Notes: generated from the sequence alone by a model not told the origin. DNA of 64,000 nt from Vicugna vicugna (GCA_013265495.1 MU062951.1:248001-312000); one strand, 5' to 3'; counted from the first letter of the stretch, positions 33,419 to 63,479 are shown. A program made the numbers and translations.

Positions 33419-35181
33419 TCACAGGCTAAAGTAGTCTGCAGCCAGGCGCCCGTAGATGTCTGTGGTCCAGAGCACATGAGCACGGCCCGAGGCCAGCAGC
33501 AACTGGTGCAGCTCGGCCTCCACACGGGCAAACTTCTCTTCATTGATGGAGGCTTCCAGCAGGACAGAGGCAGGCGGTGGCCAGGGCAGGCCCTCATAAC
33601 AGTCCACAGGGAAAGGGTGCACCACTGTGCGCAGCTCAGCCTGTGCCACTGAGTCCCGCAGGAGTTCCTTGAGGCCTGCCATGGACAGTGGATTGCCGTA
33701 GAGGCCGAGGTAGCGGAGGCTGGTGCAGCGAGTCAGCACAGGGAGTGTGACCAGCAGCTGGGTATCAGCAAGCTGGCACTCAGTCAGCTCGAGGTGCAGC
33801 AGAGTGGCTGCTGCTGCCTGTAGCAGACCCTGGAAAGGCTCTAGCTGTCTGCCAGACAGGTCGTTGCCACTCAGGTCCAACTTCTTGAGGTGGACAGCAT
33901 GAGGGCTCTGTGCCAGGAAACGCAGGTCCTCAGGCAGTAGGGCACAGAAGGCCAGCTCCAGGCTCTCCAGGGGGCTCTGCAGGGTGCTGCAGGGGGGCAC
34001 AGGGGGTCACAAACAGGCAGGGCCAGGGGAAGGTCTTGTGGAGGGGATGGGAGGAGCAGGGTAATAGCAGGCCCACTCACCTGAGTAACTGGTCCAGCCG
34101 CCCCGAGAGGAGAGAGGAGCCCATGCTGAGCTCCCGCAAACAAGTGAAGCGACCCATCTGAGCCAGGAAGTAGCGGAAGTTGTCCTCACCGTCCACGGAG
34201 GGCTGCCGTGAGTCCCCATGGACATAGTGCAGCCGCAGGCTGGCCAGGTGCTGGAAGCGGGCCACGTGCGGGATGATGACAGACAGGCCACGCAGGCCCA
34301 AGTTGTTGAAGCGCAGGTCCACACGGCGCAGGCAGCCAGCATCCAGAAGCTGTAGCAGGGCCACTGTATTGCGCATGGGCAAGTCCTCAGCCCGCAGGTC
34401 CCGGCAGCAGAGCCGCAGTGGGCTGCCTACGCTGCTGCGGAGCGCCTCCCGCAGGAACGCGTAAGAGGCCCGGTTCACCCGCAGGTCCACTCGCACCTCC
34501 ACAGGAATGGGAGCCAGCCCTGGCTCTGCAGTCCTGCCCTGCTGCTGTGCGATGCACGTGCGGGCCACAGCTGCTGTGCAGTCCCACATGCTCATGGTGC
34601 CAGGGTCCTGCTCCACGCCATCATCCAGAAGGCCCGTCATGTCCAGCACCCGCAGCACGTGCTTCCTGGGAGCAAGGGTGGGCTGAGACAGGAGACAAGG
34701 GAACACAGCCCACACCCACTATCCGCCACCCTGGGACAGGAGCAGCATGCTTGCTCTTGCATTGAGCTCTTATACCAGACTGGAACCTCTTGTGGAGGAT
34801 CCTTTTTGCACCCCCCTCCCCAGGCCTGAGGGCCACTCCAGTGAGCCCATACCTGCAGAGGGGCTGAGTGCCAGCCTCAGTCTCTGGGGTGTGGAGCCGG
34901 GCGGTCAGCCCCAGGATCACGGCTTGCATGCTCTCAGTACTAGGCCGCTCCTGCAGCAGGGCCCGGCTGCAGTGGGCACACTCCTGCAGCAGCTGCTGGA
35001 AGCTGAGCAGTGGGAAGGGCCACATGTGCACCAGCTCCCGCAGCACGACAGTCTTCTTGTCCATAAAGGCCACTTTGAACAGCAAGGGGAAGAGCTCTCG
35101 TGGCAGCAGGGGCAGGGCCTGGCAGGCAGCTGACTGGCACTGGAGCATCTGCCGTGTGCTCAGGAACACAAGCGTGTGCAT
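33419..35181 (-). CDS. LRRC14: Leucine-rich repeat-containing protein 14 (PRAME family), 493 aa
   Basis: Exons 35181-34853, 34665-34081, 33986-33419 give 1482 nt. MHTLVFLSTRQ...LPRELFPLLFKVAF (PRAME-like N-terminus); C-terminus IYGRLAADYFSL. Confidence 0.97.
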
Positions 35182-36139
35182 GGCGCTGGGCCAGGCAGGA
35201 GGCCACCTGCAGGGAAGGGACCTTCAGTGGGGAGGACAGACGCGAGGCCACTGCCCCCTCCATGCACTGGTCGTGGGAAAGCTCAGCATGGAGCCTAGCA
35301 CAGAGTGGAGAACCACAGCACCAAAGATCAAGTGCTAGGTGCCTTGCAATAGGCTGAGTGGAGAGGAAAGGAGCTCAAGGCCGCCCCCAGGCCCCACCCT
35401 CCAAAGCACGGGGGCATTTTTAGGGAAACAAAGGTATCAAGCAGCACATAAAACAGCATGGCACCAGAGATGACTAACTCGCCTGGGTGTACTTCTGATG
35501 GCTGTTGCTCTGCAGGGCCCCCCATCTGAATCGCAGCCCTCCCAAATCACAAAGCTACTTATCAGAGCCTCCCTTCCTTAAAAGTAGACCAAAGCTCAGG
35601 CCCCTCCCCCCACAGCACTAGTGGGATGGGATACTCCCAGGGGCTAGAAGTTGTATCCAAGTGTCCTCTCTCATAGCCTCCTCAGAATCTCTAGCAGACT
35701 GCCCTTGGATTCTGTGCAGCACAGTAAACAGGAGCTAGAAGTACAGATGCAGCTTTATAAACACCCAAGCAGGTAGACAAGACCAGGACCCAGGGAACAC
35801 TAAGTCCAGAGGGCCTGAGGAACCCAGGCCCTCAACATGAGCTCCAGTTCTACTATTTCACTGCCAGACAGGGAGAACCCTGGAGATTTACAGAAAGGAA
35901 AAGTGCCTCATCCACCGGGATCCTTGTCATCTGTCTAAACATCTGTCTCTTTCCTGGAGAACCACGTTGAGAGACCAAGTCTCAAATCCATGGGGTTCAA
36001 AGGCACCAGGCCAGGGGCCTTTGCTCAGACGCACAGAGGCAGCTGCCAAAGGAACATCCAAGCTGACAAGGAGCGCACAGAAGATGCCTGAGGGCACAAA
36101 GGTACCTGTGTGTCAGCTGTGCTGCTGACTTCACAGCAG

Positions 36140-36265
36140 CAACAGTTAGCCGACTTACTGTGTGCCAGGCACCTCATCCTCAAAACTGCCTCCGGGTCAT
36201 CACCCTGAAAACAGATTAGAAAACTAAGACCTAGGCCGTGCCCGACCAAGGTCACAGCCTTGTGT
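36140..36265. mobile_element. MIR SINE fragment
   Basis: ttactgtgtgccaggcac ... aaaactaagacc ... ccaaggtcacag core-like motifs. Confidence 0.5.
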
Positions 36266-36379
36266 GATGAACTGGGGGAAAGGTGGCAGCCTGGCCCCAG
36301 AGCCCCTGCTCTTGCGGACCTCACACACAAGTCCTTAGGGCACTGGTTCCTGAGAAGCCCCAGACGTCAACCCTCGGAC

Positions 36380-43382
<7,003 letters not shown>

Positions 43383-43562
43383 CTGCCCTGTGCAGAAGGC
43401 CCTGTGCTCCCACATCACAGACGACATGGCCTGAGCAGGGCCTGCACAGCCAGTATGGAGGGTGTCACATGCAGCAGTTCATCAAGGCAAAGATGGGGTA
43501 TCAGTGACCAACCACCCTGGGCAAAACCCACTGCCAGGAGTGTGGGGACAAAGGGGGTACAG

Positions 43563-43568
43563 AATAAA
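43563..43568 (+). terminator. RECQL4 polyadenylation signal
   Basis: AATAAA 180 nt after the stop codon. Confidence 0.85.
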
Positions 43569-43673
43569 AGATGCTCAAGTTGCTCTTAGGGCCCCTCCTT
43601 CTGGTGGGGACAACCCCAGTCTGAGAACCTTGCATGTCACTCGTCCCAGACACAGGCCACATGCACACTCCAC

Positions 43674-43679
43674 TTTATT
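43674..43679 (-). terminator. MFSD3 polyadenylation signal
   Basis: TTTATT on + (AATAAA on -), 20 nt after the stop codon. Confidence 0.85.
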
Positions 43680-43699
43680 GACAAGTCTGGCCACCCAGC

Positions 43700-46100
<2,401 letters not shown>

Positions 46101-46659
46101 TGGGTCGCTCCAGCCGCCCCCACGGAGGAGCTGGCCTCTTTCCCCACCCACCCTTCCCCCTTCTCTTACTGCGCCCTCCTGCTTCTGGACCCGTCACCTC
46201 GCTCTGCTTGTGGTCTCAGCGCCCTCTCCTGGCCAGTGGCCGCAGAGGGCCGTGGAAGGCAGGAGATTTGTAGGAAATGTCCGAGCCAGGTTCCGCCCGA
46301 GGATGCTCCTGGCAGCTGCCGGAAAGCCCCTCTAGTGTCCAATGACAAGGCCTGGAGAGCCTGGCCGGGCTGGCGCAAGCCTGACTCCAGCTGGCCTTGC
46401 TGACGGAGGGGCCCATCCGAAGGGGAAACCAGAGCCGAACATGGGGTCTCACGCCACATCTCCTGACCAGAGCTGTGCGGTGCGGGCAGCAGTGAAACAC
46501 GGACGTGGCTAAGAGCTGGATCCAGAGCAGAGCTGGAACCTCGTCCAGCACTATCTCTAAGCCCTCGGGTCCATGGAGTCAGCCCAACCCCTAGACCAAC
46601 TCACAGGCACTTGAACCAACGTACTCCCTCAGCTGCTGAGGCCCCTCTGGCTGGGCTGG

Positions 46660-46790
46660 GTTTCCTGTCATTTCTACACATTCAGGGACCCAGGTTTCTC
46701 ATCTATAAAGCGGGGACTACAGTGCTGACCACAGAGGACCGCTTGTGCAGTGACAAGTGTCTGGCAAGTGCACCTAGGTGCTCATCCTCC
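46660..46790. mobile_element. MIR SINE fragment
   Basis: caggtttctcatctataaagcgggg...acagtgctgaccacagagg resembles the MIR core. Confidence 0.55.
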
Positions 46791-47372
46791 AGTGGCAAGG
46801 ACACAGGGAGGCCCACCTGCCCTGAGCCTGAGTCGTCCAGCCTAGCTCTGCCCACGGCACCTTTTCCTCAGCGTCTTACCTGCTCTCTCCCTGGTGCCAG
46901 CCGCAGGGCGCTCCAGCTCAGAAGGGGGCCTGCCCTCTCACTGTTTCCCAGCTGGAAGGCTGCGTTTGCACAAGGGTGTCACACACACTCACCACACACT
47001 CCACACAACATGGCAAAGCAAGCCCTATTGGTTCCTCCTCCCTCCCTGCTCTTGGCACGGCTGCTCCTCCAGCAGTCGGAAGAGGCCCCCTTAGGAGAAC
47101 CAGAACTCCCGCTACTCACTCCATCCAGTCAGCTCCATCCTACAACTTAACATGTTCTCTGTGCTGCCAGGTAAGAGGCGGACAGTATGGGAAAGGTGGC
47201 GGCCAGGTCAGAGGACACACCTTTCTCTGTCTTTCTCAAAATGGCTACACCCTGGCACCCTGCACCTGTGTTTCGTCCAGCCCCATCCTCACCCCTAAGA
47301 CCGCCAGGTTCCCCCTGAGGAGATGCAGGGAGTCTACTGCTTTTCTTCACACCACTTAACCTCCTAATTCTT

Positions 47373-47503
47373 TCTCTTTTTTTGTAAGTTTAAACTGGCT
47401 TGATTTTATTATTTTTTTAGATAATGGAGGTACTGGGGATTGAACCCAGAGCCTCGTGAATGCTAGGCATGCGCTTTACCACCTGAGCTATACCCTCCCC
47501 CAG
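47373..47503 (-). mobile_element. tRNA-derived SINE (Vic-1-like, camelid) with 18-bp target-site duplication
   Basis: Minus strand reads GGGGAGGGTATAGCTCAGGTGGTAAAGCGCATGCCTAGCATTCACGAGGCTCTGGGTTCAATCCCCAGTACCTCCA (A and B boxes) followed by an A-rich tail. Flanked by cttaacctcctaattctt at 47355-47372 and 47504-47521. Confidence 0.9.
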
Positions 47504-47746
47504 CTTAACCTCCTAATTCTTATGTGAATGTTTGCCGGTGTCTGGCCCAAGACCTGTGACCAGGGTGGAGACCCAGCCAGTGGCAGGTGTGGTGTCTGTA
47601 GAAGGTAACCTCCTGTGGAAGCCCTCCTTGACCACTCCTTCTGGGTCCCCCAGACCTGCACAGAAAAGCAGTCAGGAGTGGACAAAGGTGGGGGAGGGGT
47701 ATACAGGAGTGCACACAGCCTCCAAGAAGTCAGGCCATCTGGTAGC

Positions 47747-47752
47747 TTTATT
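47747..47752 (-). terminator. GPT polyadenylation signal
   Basis: TTTATT on + (AATAAA on -), about 140 nt after the stop codon. Confidence 0.85.
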
Positions 47753-47891
47753 AAAGGCCTGCAGAGGGGCAGGGGCCCAGCCCCACAGGCAGCAGGAGCA
47801 AATCCAGAGGACTCCAGAGACCCCTCAGAATCCTGAGCACTGTCAGTCCAGGGTCGTCCCTGCCGGCCCAGCCTGGCCCCCAGCGGCGTCC

Positions 47892-50451
<2,560 letters not shown>

Positions 50452-52803
50452 GACACAGCTCAGACCAGGCAGGGAGGAGGCTCAGGAGGCAGCAAGATCC
50501 AGAAATGGGAATAAGAGAAGCCAGGTCCAGGCTGGCGGACCAGGGCTGGGAAACGGGGAGCCTGGGAAGGGGGCTTAAGGCGAGAGAGCACCCTCTGCAC
50601 TGCAGCCTCCTGACCCCACTGAAAGGGACAGAGAAGGCTGCAGAAGTAGCTAGGGCCACAGGCCCCGCCTCACTTGTCTGGGCACAGTTCTGCCCCAGGG
50701 AGCCACAGGGAGTGGGTGAGAAGGCAGGCGGGGCTCGGGGTGAGGCCCAGTGCCCGCCCAGTGTCCCCATGACAGGGGAGCAGGAGACTCACATAGGGGG
50801 TAGGGACAGACGGAAGGTTCAAGCTCTGAGGGCCTGGGCCTGGGGGAGGGGAGAGGAGGGGAGCTGAGCACCCTGAGGGGATGGCAGAGCTGGGTAGGGC
50901 TGAACCCTGAGGGGAGAAGGAAGCCTGGGGCCCCTGGAGATTTACCCTAGGAGGGCTCGACCTAGGCCCAGCCCTCTCGGACCCCCCATCTTTGCTGAGG
51001 CTGGCCGGCCTGTCTCCCAGGTAACTGAGCCAGGCCACAGGAATCCTGGGGCTGTCGGGGGAGGGGAGTGAGGTGGTCAGACTTGTGGGGTTCCATCTGC
51101 CCTCTTGTGCTGAGGACTGTGGCTCAGAGGCCATAAGAGCCCTGTGGTTGGACCTTGGTCCCCCATCAGGGCTGCAAGGCTGGAATCTCTGGGTCGGGGT
51201 GTTGGGGGAGGGGACAGGGGAACTCCGGGCTTTCCCAGGGCCCTTGGACACCTCAGCTGCTCTGGGCCGCTGCTGTCCTGCGCTTTCTCCAATCCTGCAC
51301 CAGCCTGGGGCTGCCCTTGGGGCCACACTGCAGGCAGGGTGACCTAAGCTCCCCTTCCCTGTTGCTCCTGATTGGTGGAGAGAGGGACGTGAGCCATGAT
51401 AAGCCCTCAGGCCCCACCTCCACAGGCCCTGCAGGGAGCTGATAGGCCGTGCCTAGGGTGGCCGCCCCAGCGCCGGTATCTGACCGTGCTGAGGGTCAGG
51501 GAGCAGGCCCTCAGCTGAGCTGGGCTGTGGGCAGCTGGTCAGGCCTGAGCCGGAGCCTTGGCTGCAGCTCCTACTCCCACTGGCTGGAGAGGAACCACAG
51601 AGCCCCAGGTGGCTGGCCTCTCACCTTGCGCCTCTGGCTCCGCCGCCACCTCTGCCACCTCTGCCTCCCAGAGCGCAGGCCCACCCACCCTGCTGGCCCC
51701 CAGGCCGGAGCACAGGTTAATATGGGCCCAGCCCCAGGCGGAGCCAGCCCTCACCCGCCCCCTGGCAGCAGGGTCCAAGTGGCAGCTGTGGTGACAAGTG
51801 AACCTTGGGCAGCTGCACCACAACACATTCTAAATTTAACCGGCAGCCTACCCCGGACTCTCCCCTAGCCCTGCTGAGAACACCTCTCCAGCCACTGATG
51901 CTTAGGGAAGGGCAGGCCTGTGGACACTGGGCAGACCAGGTCAGCGTCCAGCAGGGGAGAAGGTGACCTAAGTCCATGCCACCCAGCACTGGTGGCCATG
52001 CCAAGCAGCCTGCCATGGGCATGAGCTGGCAGGGCCCCCATCCCTCCCAAGTGAGGCCCCTAAGGGGCCCCATGATCATGACACATTGTTCCTGGTCAGC
52101 TCAGAGGCCGAGAGGCCAGCTGTTGGCCTTCTTGGCTGGCCAGGCGGAAGCTGGCAGCCAGGCCCTGGGATCAGGGCTGCGTGCCAGGAATGGGGGACCC
52201 ACCCAGCCAGGGAGGTTTCTGATGCAAGCCATCTACCACTCTGCCCCTCTGGGCCAAGAGTCTCATGGAAAATACCCTCTCCCTTTCCAAGCCAGGATCC
52301 CTGCCACTCCAGTGTGGATGCCCCCAGCCCGAGCCCCCAAGGACTGTCTTTCCAAAGCAACGTGTTCCCCTCAAGAAAGCAGAGTTACACAGGAGCCTCC
52401 AGGAGGCTGGGGAGGCAGGGTGCAGTGAAGGCCAGGCTTCTTGTCCAGGGGCCATGGGCCTCACGCCCACGCAGGGTTGGGCAATACAGGTGAGCCCAGC
52501 AAGCACCTACAGGTCTCAGGTGCTCACGGACAAGCACACCCAGGCCTAGCAACACAACAGCTCCCCATCATGGAAACGGGGGCCCAGCTGAGACACATGA
52601 CAAGGCAGGTAGCAGAGCGAACAGCCCTTTATCCAGTCACAGGATGAAACTAGGTCTCTGCAGCCAGGTGCCTCCCAGGTGTAACTTCTGTCCCTGGTCC
52701 ATCTAAGGGAGGAGGCTAGCGTTCTGGCTGGGGGCACACATCAGGGTCTGCAGAGCAGGGGCCCTGAGGCAGCAAGACCTTCACCTCCCTGAGAACCAGC
52801 CCT

Positions 52804-57382
<4,579 letters not shown>

Positions 57383-60300
57383 TCAATGCCCTCTGCCCCT
57401 GGCAAGGCTGGGTCAGGAGGCGTCACACCGTGACCTGGCCCAGGCAGTCGTGAGGGGCACAGGCCCCAGGCACCTTGGCTGCTCACTGGGCAGAGCCTCC
57501 CTCCCTCTAGGGGTCAGGGTGTACAGCCTGTGGGAAACAACCCAGGACCTGGCCAATGTCAGTCCAGGGTCTGAAACTAATTGCCCAGATAACAGAGCTG
57601 CAGCCCCTGGCACCTCGCCACGGGGGAAGGGAGGGCAGGGCAATAGGCAGAGGCCCCTGGGAGTCCTAAGAGCCCCTCACCTTCCAGGCCTTAGGAGGCT
57701 GGGTGGGGCCTGGGAGCAGCCATGGCTGGCACCTCCTCCCCATCTGCTGGGGGTCAGGGCTAACGAGGAGGTGTGGCAGGAGGGCAGGCTCAGCAGCCGG
57801 AGAGGCCTGGGCCGGGTGTGTCCAGAGTCCTGGGGTCCCGGTCCCCAGTGCCCAGGGTGAGGCTTCCCTAAGCGGCCAGGGCACTGCCGGTATGGAGGGC
57901 CTGGCAACTGTGTCTCCAGGAGGGCCTCCCCTTCGGAGAAGCCAGGCGACCAAGCTGCTGACAGCAGGGGCTCCCACGGCCCTGAGGGGAAACAAGGCAG
58001 CACATCAAGGCTGGCTCCCAGGGTGGTCAGGCGAGGGTCCCAGCAGGCCCTGCCCTGTGTGAGGCACCCCGCCGGCAGCCAGCACTGCTGGACCACAGTC
58101 TCCGGCAGAGGGGAGGGACTTGCCCTGCCCCTGTTCTGGCTCACACACTCAGCGGTTCCAGAAAGGGATCTGCTGGCTGTGCAGCTGAAAGGGAGCAGGA
58201 AGGACTTCCCTTCCTTGTCCCCAGGCTGGGCTGGGATGGCCAGTCACCTTCTCCTTGGGCTCTCCCATAACTGCCCTTCCTCCCCGGCCTCTTGGGCCTC
58301 AGGCCTCCTTGCTTCTCGGCAGCTGAGGGTGCAGGGCACAGCCAGTCCCAACCAGCACCCCAGCTCCTCGCCACCCAGAGTCCAGAAGGAAGTCCTTGCC
58401 AGGCTTTCCAGCTCAGGCCAGACAATGCCTCAGCCATCCTGGGCTGCAATAAAAGCCCTGGTCCTTTGAACACAGGCATAAAGGGGCTGCCTGACTTGGA
58501 ATCTCTCGAACAAGCAGGCAGAGGGGCTGGCATGGCCCAGCCTGCCCAGCATCCCTGGTGTGGTCACTCGGCATGGTTGTGGGACACTCCTCAGGAGGTC
58601 ACGGCCCTTCTCCACCTAGAAAGAACCCACCCACAGCTCAGCTTGCCCACCAGGAGTCCACACTCTAATGCGGCCAGACCCTGCATGACCCTGCATCTAG
58701 ATACTGATGCAGCCTTCCTCTGGCCAGACTTGTACTCAAGGATCTCAGTGATCTCTGGAAGGGGACTGTCCTGGGCCAGATCAAATCAGGTCAGGTCCCT
58801 GCTGCTCCAAGACCCTAGTGTACCTGGGGACTTGCTTTACAGGTCCGACCTGCCCTGGACTTTGCCTGTGCTCCAGCTATCCCCTCTGGGAGCCTGACCT
58901 CAGAGGCTCCCTGGGGACAGGACAGAGGACCAGCAAAGCCCAGGAAAGAGCTTTCCAGGCAGCATTCTGCTCTGGGCAGCCTGCCCCCAGCTGGCCACCT
59001 GTGCAGATTGCTGGGGCCAGAGCAGTCATGAGCTGTCCAGACCTCCAGCCCGGATTCCCCAAGTCCTGCCCTTGCCTCGGAGACACAACTTCCCCACTGA
59101 GACAGGCAGGAGGCCGGTGCAGGCACCCTGCCAGCTCCCCATCTATGAGGATGGGGGTAGGTCCCAGACCACACCCAGGGCACACAGAGCCTGCACGCTC
59201 TTCCCTGCTGGCCACTCACGGCTCCCTCGCATTCCCCCTGAGGGAGCTGGCATCCCCTCCAGCCTGCACGCGGGGGTCTTCATCTCTCTGGAGTAAGGCT
59301 CTGGAGCTACCTGAATGGTCCACCCCAAAAGACCACAAGGAAGGAGCAAGGTACACTGCATTCTGCTCAGCGACACCCCTCCCTGTCTCCAGCCATGGGA
59401 GGGGAAGGGGACCCAGAGAGAACACCCTCCTACCCTGTCCAAGAGGGAGGAAGCCCCCCGCTGCCAGGCTAAGGCTGCCAAGCAGAGTGGGCTCACAGGG
59501 TCTCAGGGACCAGTTTTACTTCTCCAAGACAGACACCAACATCAGAGCCAGTCTGATTTTGTTGTGTTTAAGAAGCTTTAGGAAACATCCTCCCTCTCAA
59601 CATTTTATGGAAGAAAAGAGATCCTGACGCCCAAGTCCTATAGAAAACAACCTAGAATAACCAGCTTTTCAAATTGAATAGATGTTGTGTTGTGGTTTTC
59701 TCATTTTGAAGAATATTCATGAAAAGTCACCCTGGGGCACCCTCTGGACAGCCTCAATCCACCCCGTGCCGGCCCGAGTCCACGGGCACAGGCTCCAGCT
59801 ACAGAGCTGCTCCCTGCGGCCCCCAACGCCCTGGCAGCACAGACACAGACCCTGCTGGGCTACAGCAACTCAGACGGGGCCTCAGCACCCTACCCTGGGT
59901 TCCACCTTCCTGAAGCCCTGGGTTCTCTCTGGGCCCTCTCAGCGGCATTCCTTGCTGGAAGTTGCCTGAGGGCGGTCTCTGTGTGACCTTGGGCAGGTCC
60001 TTGGGCCACTGGACTGCCTCCTCTGAGAGACACATGACCCCAGGGAGTCCCAGGACCCCACTCAGTGGGCATCCCATCCCAGGACAGTCTCCACAAGTGG
60101 CACCTGGCACCCCCCAGGCCAAGCCATCAGCTCTCAAGCCCCAGACTCCCAGACTCTGCCCACTGCCCCTCCCTGAGCCCCACTCAGCCGCTTCCTCCCA
60201 ACCATGCGGTCAGGCAATGGCCCCCAGAGCTGGGCAACTCACCCCTCAGCTGAGACACAAAGGCCAGGGCAGCTCAGCGGAGTCCCAGCAAATGACCACC

Positions 60301-61839
60301 GCATCACCCCCAGGCCCAGGGGGCTGAGCCAAGCGGCTGCTGCCTCCGTCTGCAGGGGCTGCCCCAAGCCTCCCTGGAATGTCAGACTGAGATAATCCGG
60401 GCGATTTTTCCAGTTCTCAGCTCCACTCCACGTGGTAGTGCAAGCCTGAGGTGGGAGGAGGCTTCTGGAGGGACCGCGGCCACTACCCCACATCCTCTCA
60501 GCCCACACCACCAAGCCAGCCCCAAAGACTGTGCTGGGAATACCACCCGACACCTGGCTGATGGGACCCCTAGGTGGACAGACCCGGACTGGCCAGGGTA
60601 TCTCGGCAGCCCCTCCTCCACAGGTCCCAGTCACGATCCCCATTTTCAACACAGGGAGACCGAGGCCACGACTAAACCCAGGGTCCCCTGTTAACAACTC
60701 CACCATACAGCCTCATGCCCTCTTCACGACATCTGTGTAAGAACCAGAGACAGTGTAGCAGGAGCCCAGAGCCTGTCGCCTTGCTCACCCAGAGACAAGG
60801 AGGCTGTGCCTTGTGCAGAGAGGACAGGAGAGGCGAGGCGGATGTGTTAGAGAACGCCCAGCCCCGTGCCCACCGCCTGTCAGGTTTGGGGACTTCACAT
60901 CCCTGTTTTGCTCAAGGCTTGTCAGAGTGGGTTCCTGTAACTTTCAATCAAAAGAACTGGTTCCATCTGTGGCATCACGGGAATAGCCAAATCACCACTG
61001 CTGGTGACTCTGGGGAAAGTGTGTTGTAACAGACCCACACATGGTGCCCGTCAGCAGCGAGCTCGTCCAGATGTCACAGGCCATGGCCTGAGACACGCTG
61101 GCCAAAGCCACGACCCAAAGCTGTCCCTGCCTGGGTCCCAGGAGCATCACAGATCCCCGGGGACAGCACCTGTGGCCAGGCCTCCAGGGACATGCCTGGC
61201 CTCATCCAAGGGCCAAGCCCAGCACCAGCCCACCTGGCTCACCTGGGGAGACTCCTGGTCCCGCCACCTGTCCGGCCCCGACCCCAGGCACCAGGGCCCC
61301 ACAGCAGCCCCCCCAGCAGATGGGGGCTGGATGTTGAGAGCACTATCTGCCCAGCTGGCCTCTCCCACCAAAGGACAAGCTCACTGAGGACACATTCCTG
61401 CATGTCTCTCAGCCATGGGCCAGAATCTGGAGGAGGGCCCTAGGTCAGTCAATGCGGCCGAGTGGACGAGCTCAGGCCTGAGGTGCCCTGGGCCCGCGCT
61501 GTTAACCCTGTCCAGTCGGGGAAGGAGCCCTCAAATGTGACAGGGGCAGCGCCAGGCCCGGAGGTGGCTGGGCCCCTGCCCTGGAGGACAGGACATGGTT
61601 TACAACAGGCACTTGCCTGGCACAGAGTGGGGGCCAGGAGGGGACCAGGAGGACAGCCGGCCACTGAGGGAGCAGTCTGGGGAGCTGGCAGCAGATCAGG
61701 AGGGCTGAAGTGTGAGCAGCAGGGACAGTAAGGCCCAGGGGCTGAGCCAGCGGGCGGGGGCTACTTGCACTGGCAGGAGGAGCAGGCCATCACTGTGGTA
61801 TGATGGGAGTACAGAGCAGCTCCCCCCAGGTGCACTCGC

Positions 61840-63350
61840 CTGCCCCCTGCAAGCATGTTCTGGATCGTTCTAGAAGCTAATCGCGCAGCACTACCATTGG
61901 GCCCCTTGCTGCAGCAGCCCTTACGACAAAAACACCGGACGTGACCTACGTGTCTGTCAAATGGTCATAAATAAGCCTCCGAGGGTTTATGAGGAAGCTT
62001 TCCAGGCACCACCGTGGCTAGGTCGCTAAGTAACTGTTCAGTGAAGAGAAAAACATACAAAATCTGTACATGATAAGCTACCTTTTGTGTAAAGAAGGAA
62101 CAAAAAAGAATGCACATACACATCTATGTAAGAAACACAGGAGAGATGGGACAAGTGATGAGAAGTGCCACCGGGAGGGCGGAGGGCAGGTGGGGGTCAC
62201 GGAGGGCAGGTGGGCGGCACGAGCCCTGGGGGTTGCATGGTTTCCGAGCCGTGTGAAGGTAAACCTCTTTGAAACAACTCCTAAGTGCTGTTTAGGGAGG
62301 GCAGGTGTGAGCACACCTGCTGGGTATCAGGTAGGGCCTTGCAAGGCAGAGATGTCGAGGGGACAGTAGAAGAACTGGCCTCGGCCCAAAAGGCCGCGGG
62401 AGCCACAGGGGCTCTCAAACGACTAAGGGTGTGCCCAGATCCGGGGACTAGGGGGCCTCACGGAGAGACACTGGGGCCCGCATGCCTACCCAGCAGGGGA
62501 TGGACACGAGAGGCCAAGAGTAAGAGGATGAGGGCTGGATAGGCTGTTGGATGCAAGGAAAGGGGCAGCAAGGGGCACACAGAGGAAGGAGGGCCCTCAG
62601 AAGTGGGACCGAGCCGTGTCTGAGGTAAGCAGGGGCCAGGAAGCCCAGAAGCGAGCAGTCAGCAGAGGTACAAACAGGAGAGCCAGAATGGCCACGCAGG
62701 GCCCCCGGGGAAAGCCTGCTTGAAAGGACGGCAGGTGGCCACCTGGAACCACAGAGAAGGACCCTGCCTCTCCTCACAGCAAAATCAATTCCAGAAGGAC
62801 CACAGACACAGCTGCAAGGAAAACAAGACCCAAGGAGTACGAGGAGGAGGCGGGCAGGAGCACCTGCGCAGCTGCAGCAGAGGGGGCCTTCTGAGCTCGA
62901 CACACAACCCAGAAACCAAAACCATTCGACTCACTAGATTCTTCAAACATCTGCACTGTAAAAACCAAAACAAAACCTACAAAATCAGAAGGCAGATGGT
63001 CAACCAGGTAAAAACATTTACAACAAACACGACAAACAGGTCCTCATGTCAACTGTGATGGCATTGAAAAGAGCAGAATCCCATTAAAAACACCCAGGCA
63101 GAGGCTCCCTGAAAGTTCACACAAGCCAACGAGAAGCAGGACACGAGTGCGGACAGCACATGGGGCTGGACCACAGAGACAGGATGCCAGCCCCCAAGAA
63201 TGCCCATGAGGCGTCCACCACAGTGCAGAAGGCCTTAGACCCGCTATGTCAAGAAACTGCCCCGCCCCACACACCTCTGAACCGCAGAATGCAGTGCTGA
63301 CAGGTGAACTTCCAGGTGGGGCCGCGGCCATGCTCCGTGCTGCCTCACTG
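61840..63350 (+). mobile_element. Highly degraded LINE-1 3' fragments (L1ME-like)
   Basis: A-rich patches with L1 ORF2-end/3'UTR-like text (aaaatcaattccagaagg, aaaacatttacaacaaacacgacaaac, aagctaccttttgtgtaaag); boundaries rough. Confidence 0.5.
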
Positions 63351-63479
63351 TCACCATTCCCAGGTGTGGGGCTCTAAGTTTTCTGCCTTTTGCTGAGCAG
63401 CAGTCCACTACATGCCTGTACCCTCACTTACATAGCCTGCTACCTGAGGGACGGGGCAGTGGGCGTGGGCCTGTGAAAG

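Noticed and set aside
47425-47501. tRNA gene
   Set aside because: A-rich tail and target-site duplication identify it as a SINE; the stems are imperfect.
57400-61800. Many 60-270 aa ORFs upstream of PPP1R16A as a hidden gene
   Set aside because: No shared strand or frame, no domain-like peptides and no consistent exon chain; most likely PPP1R16A 5'UTR and intron.
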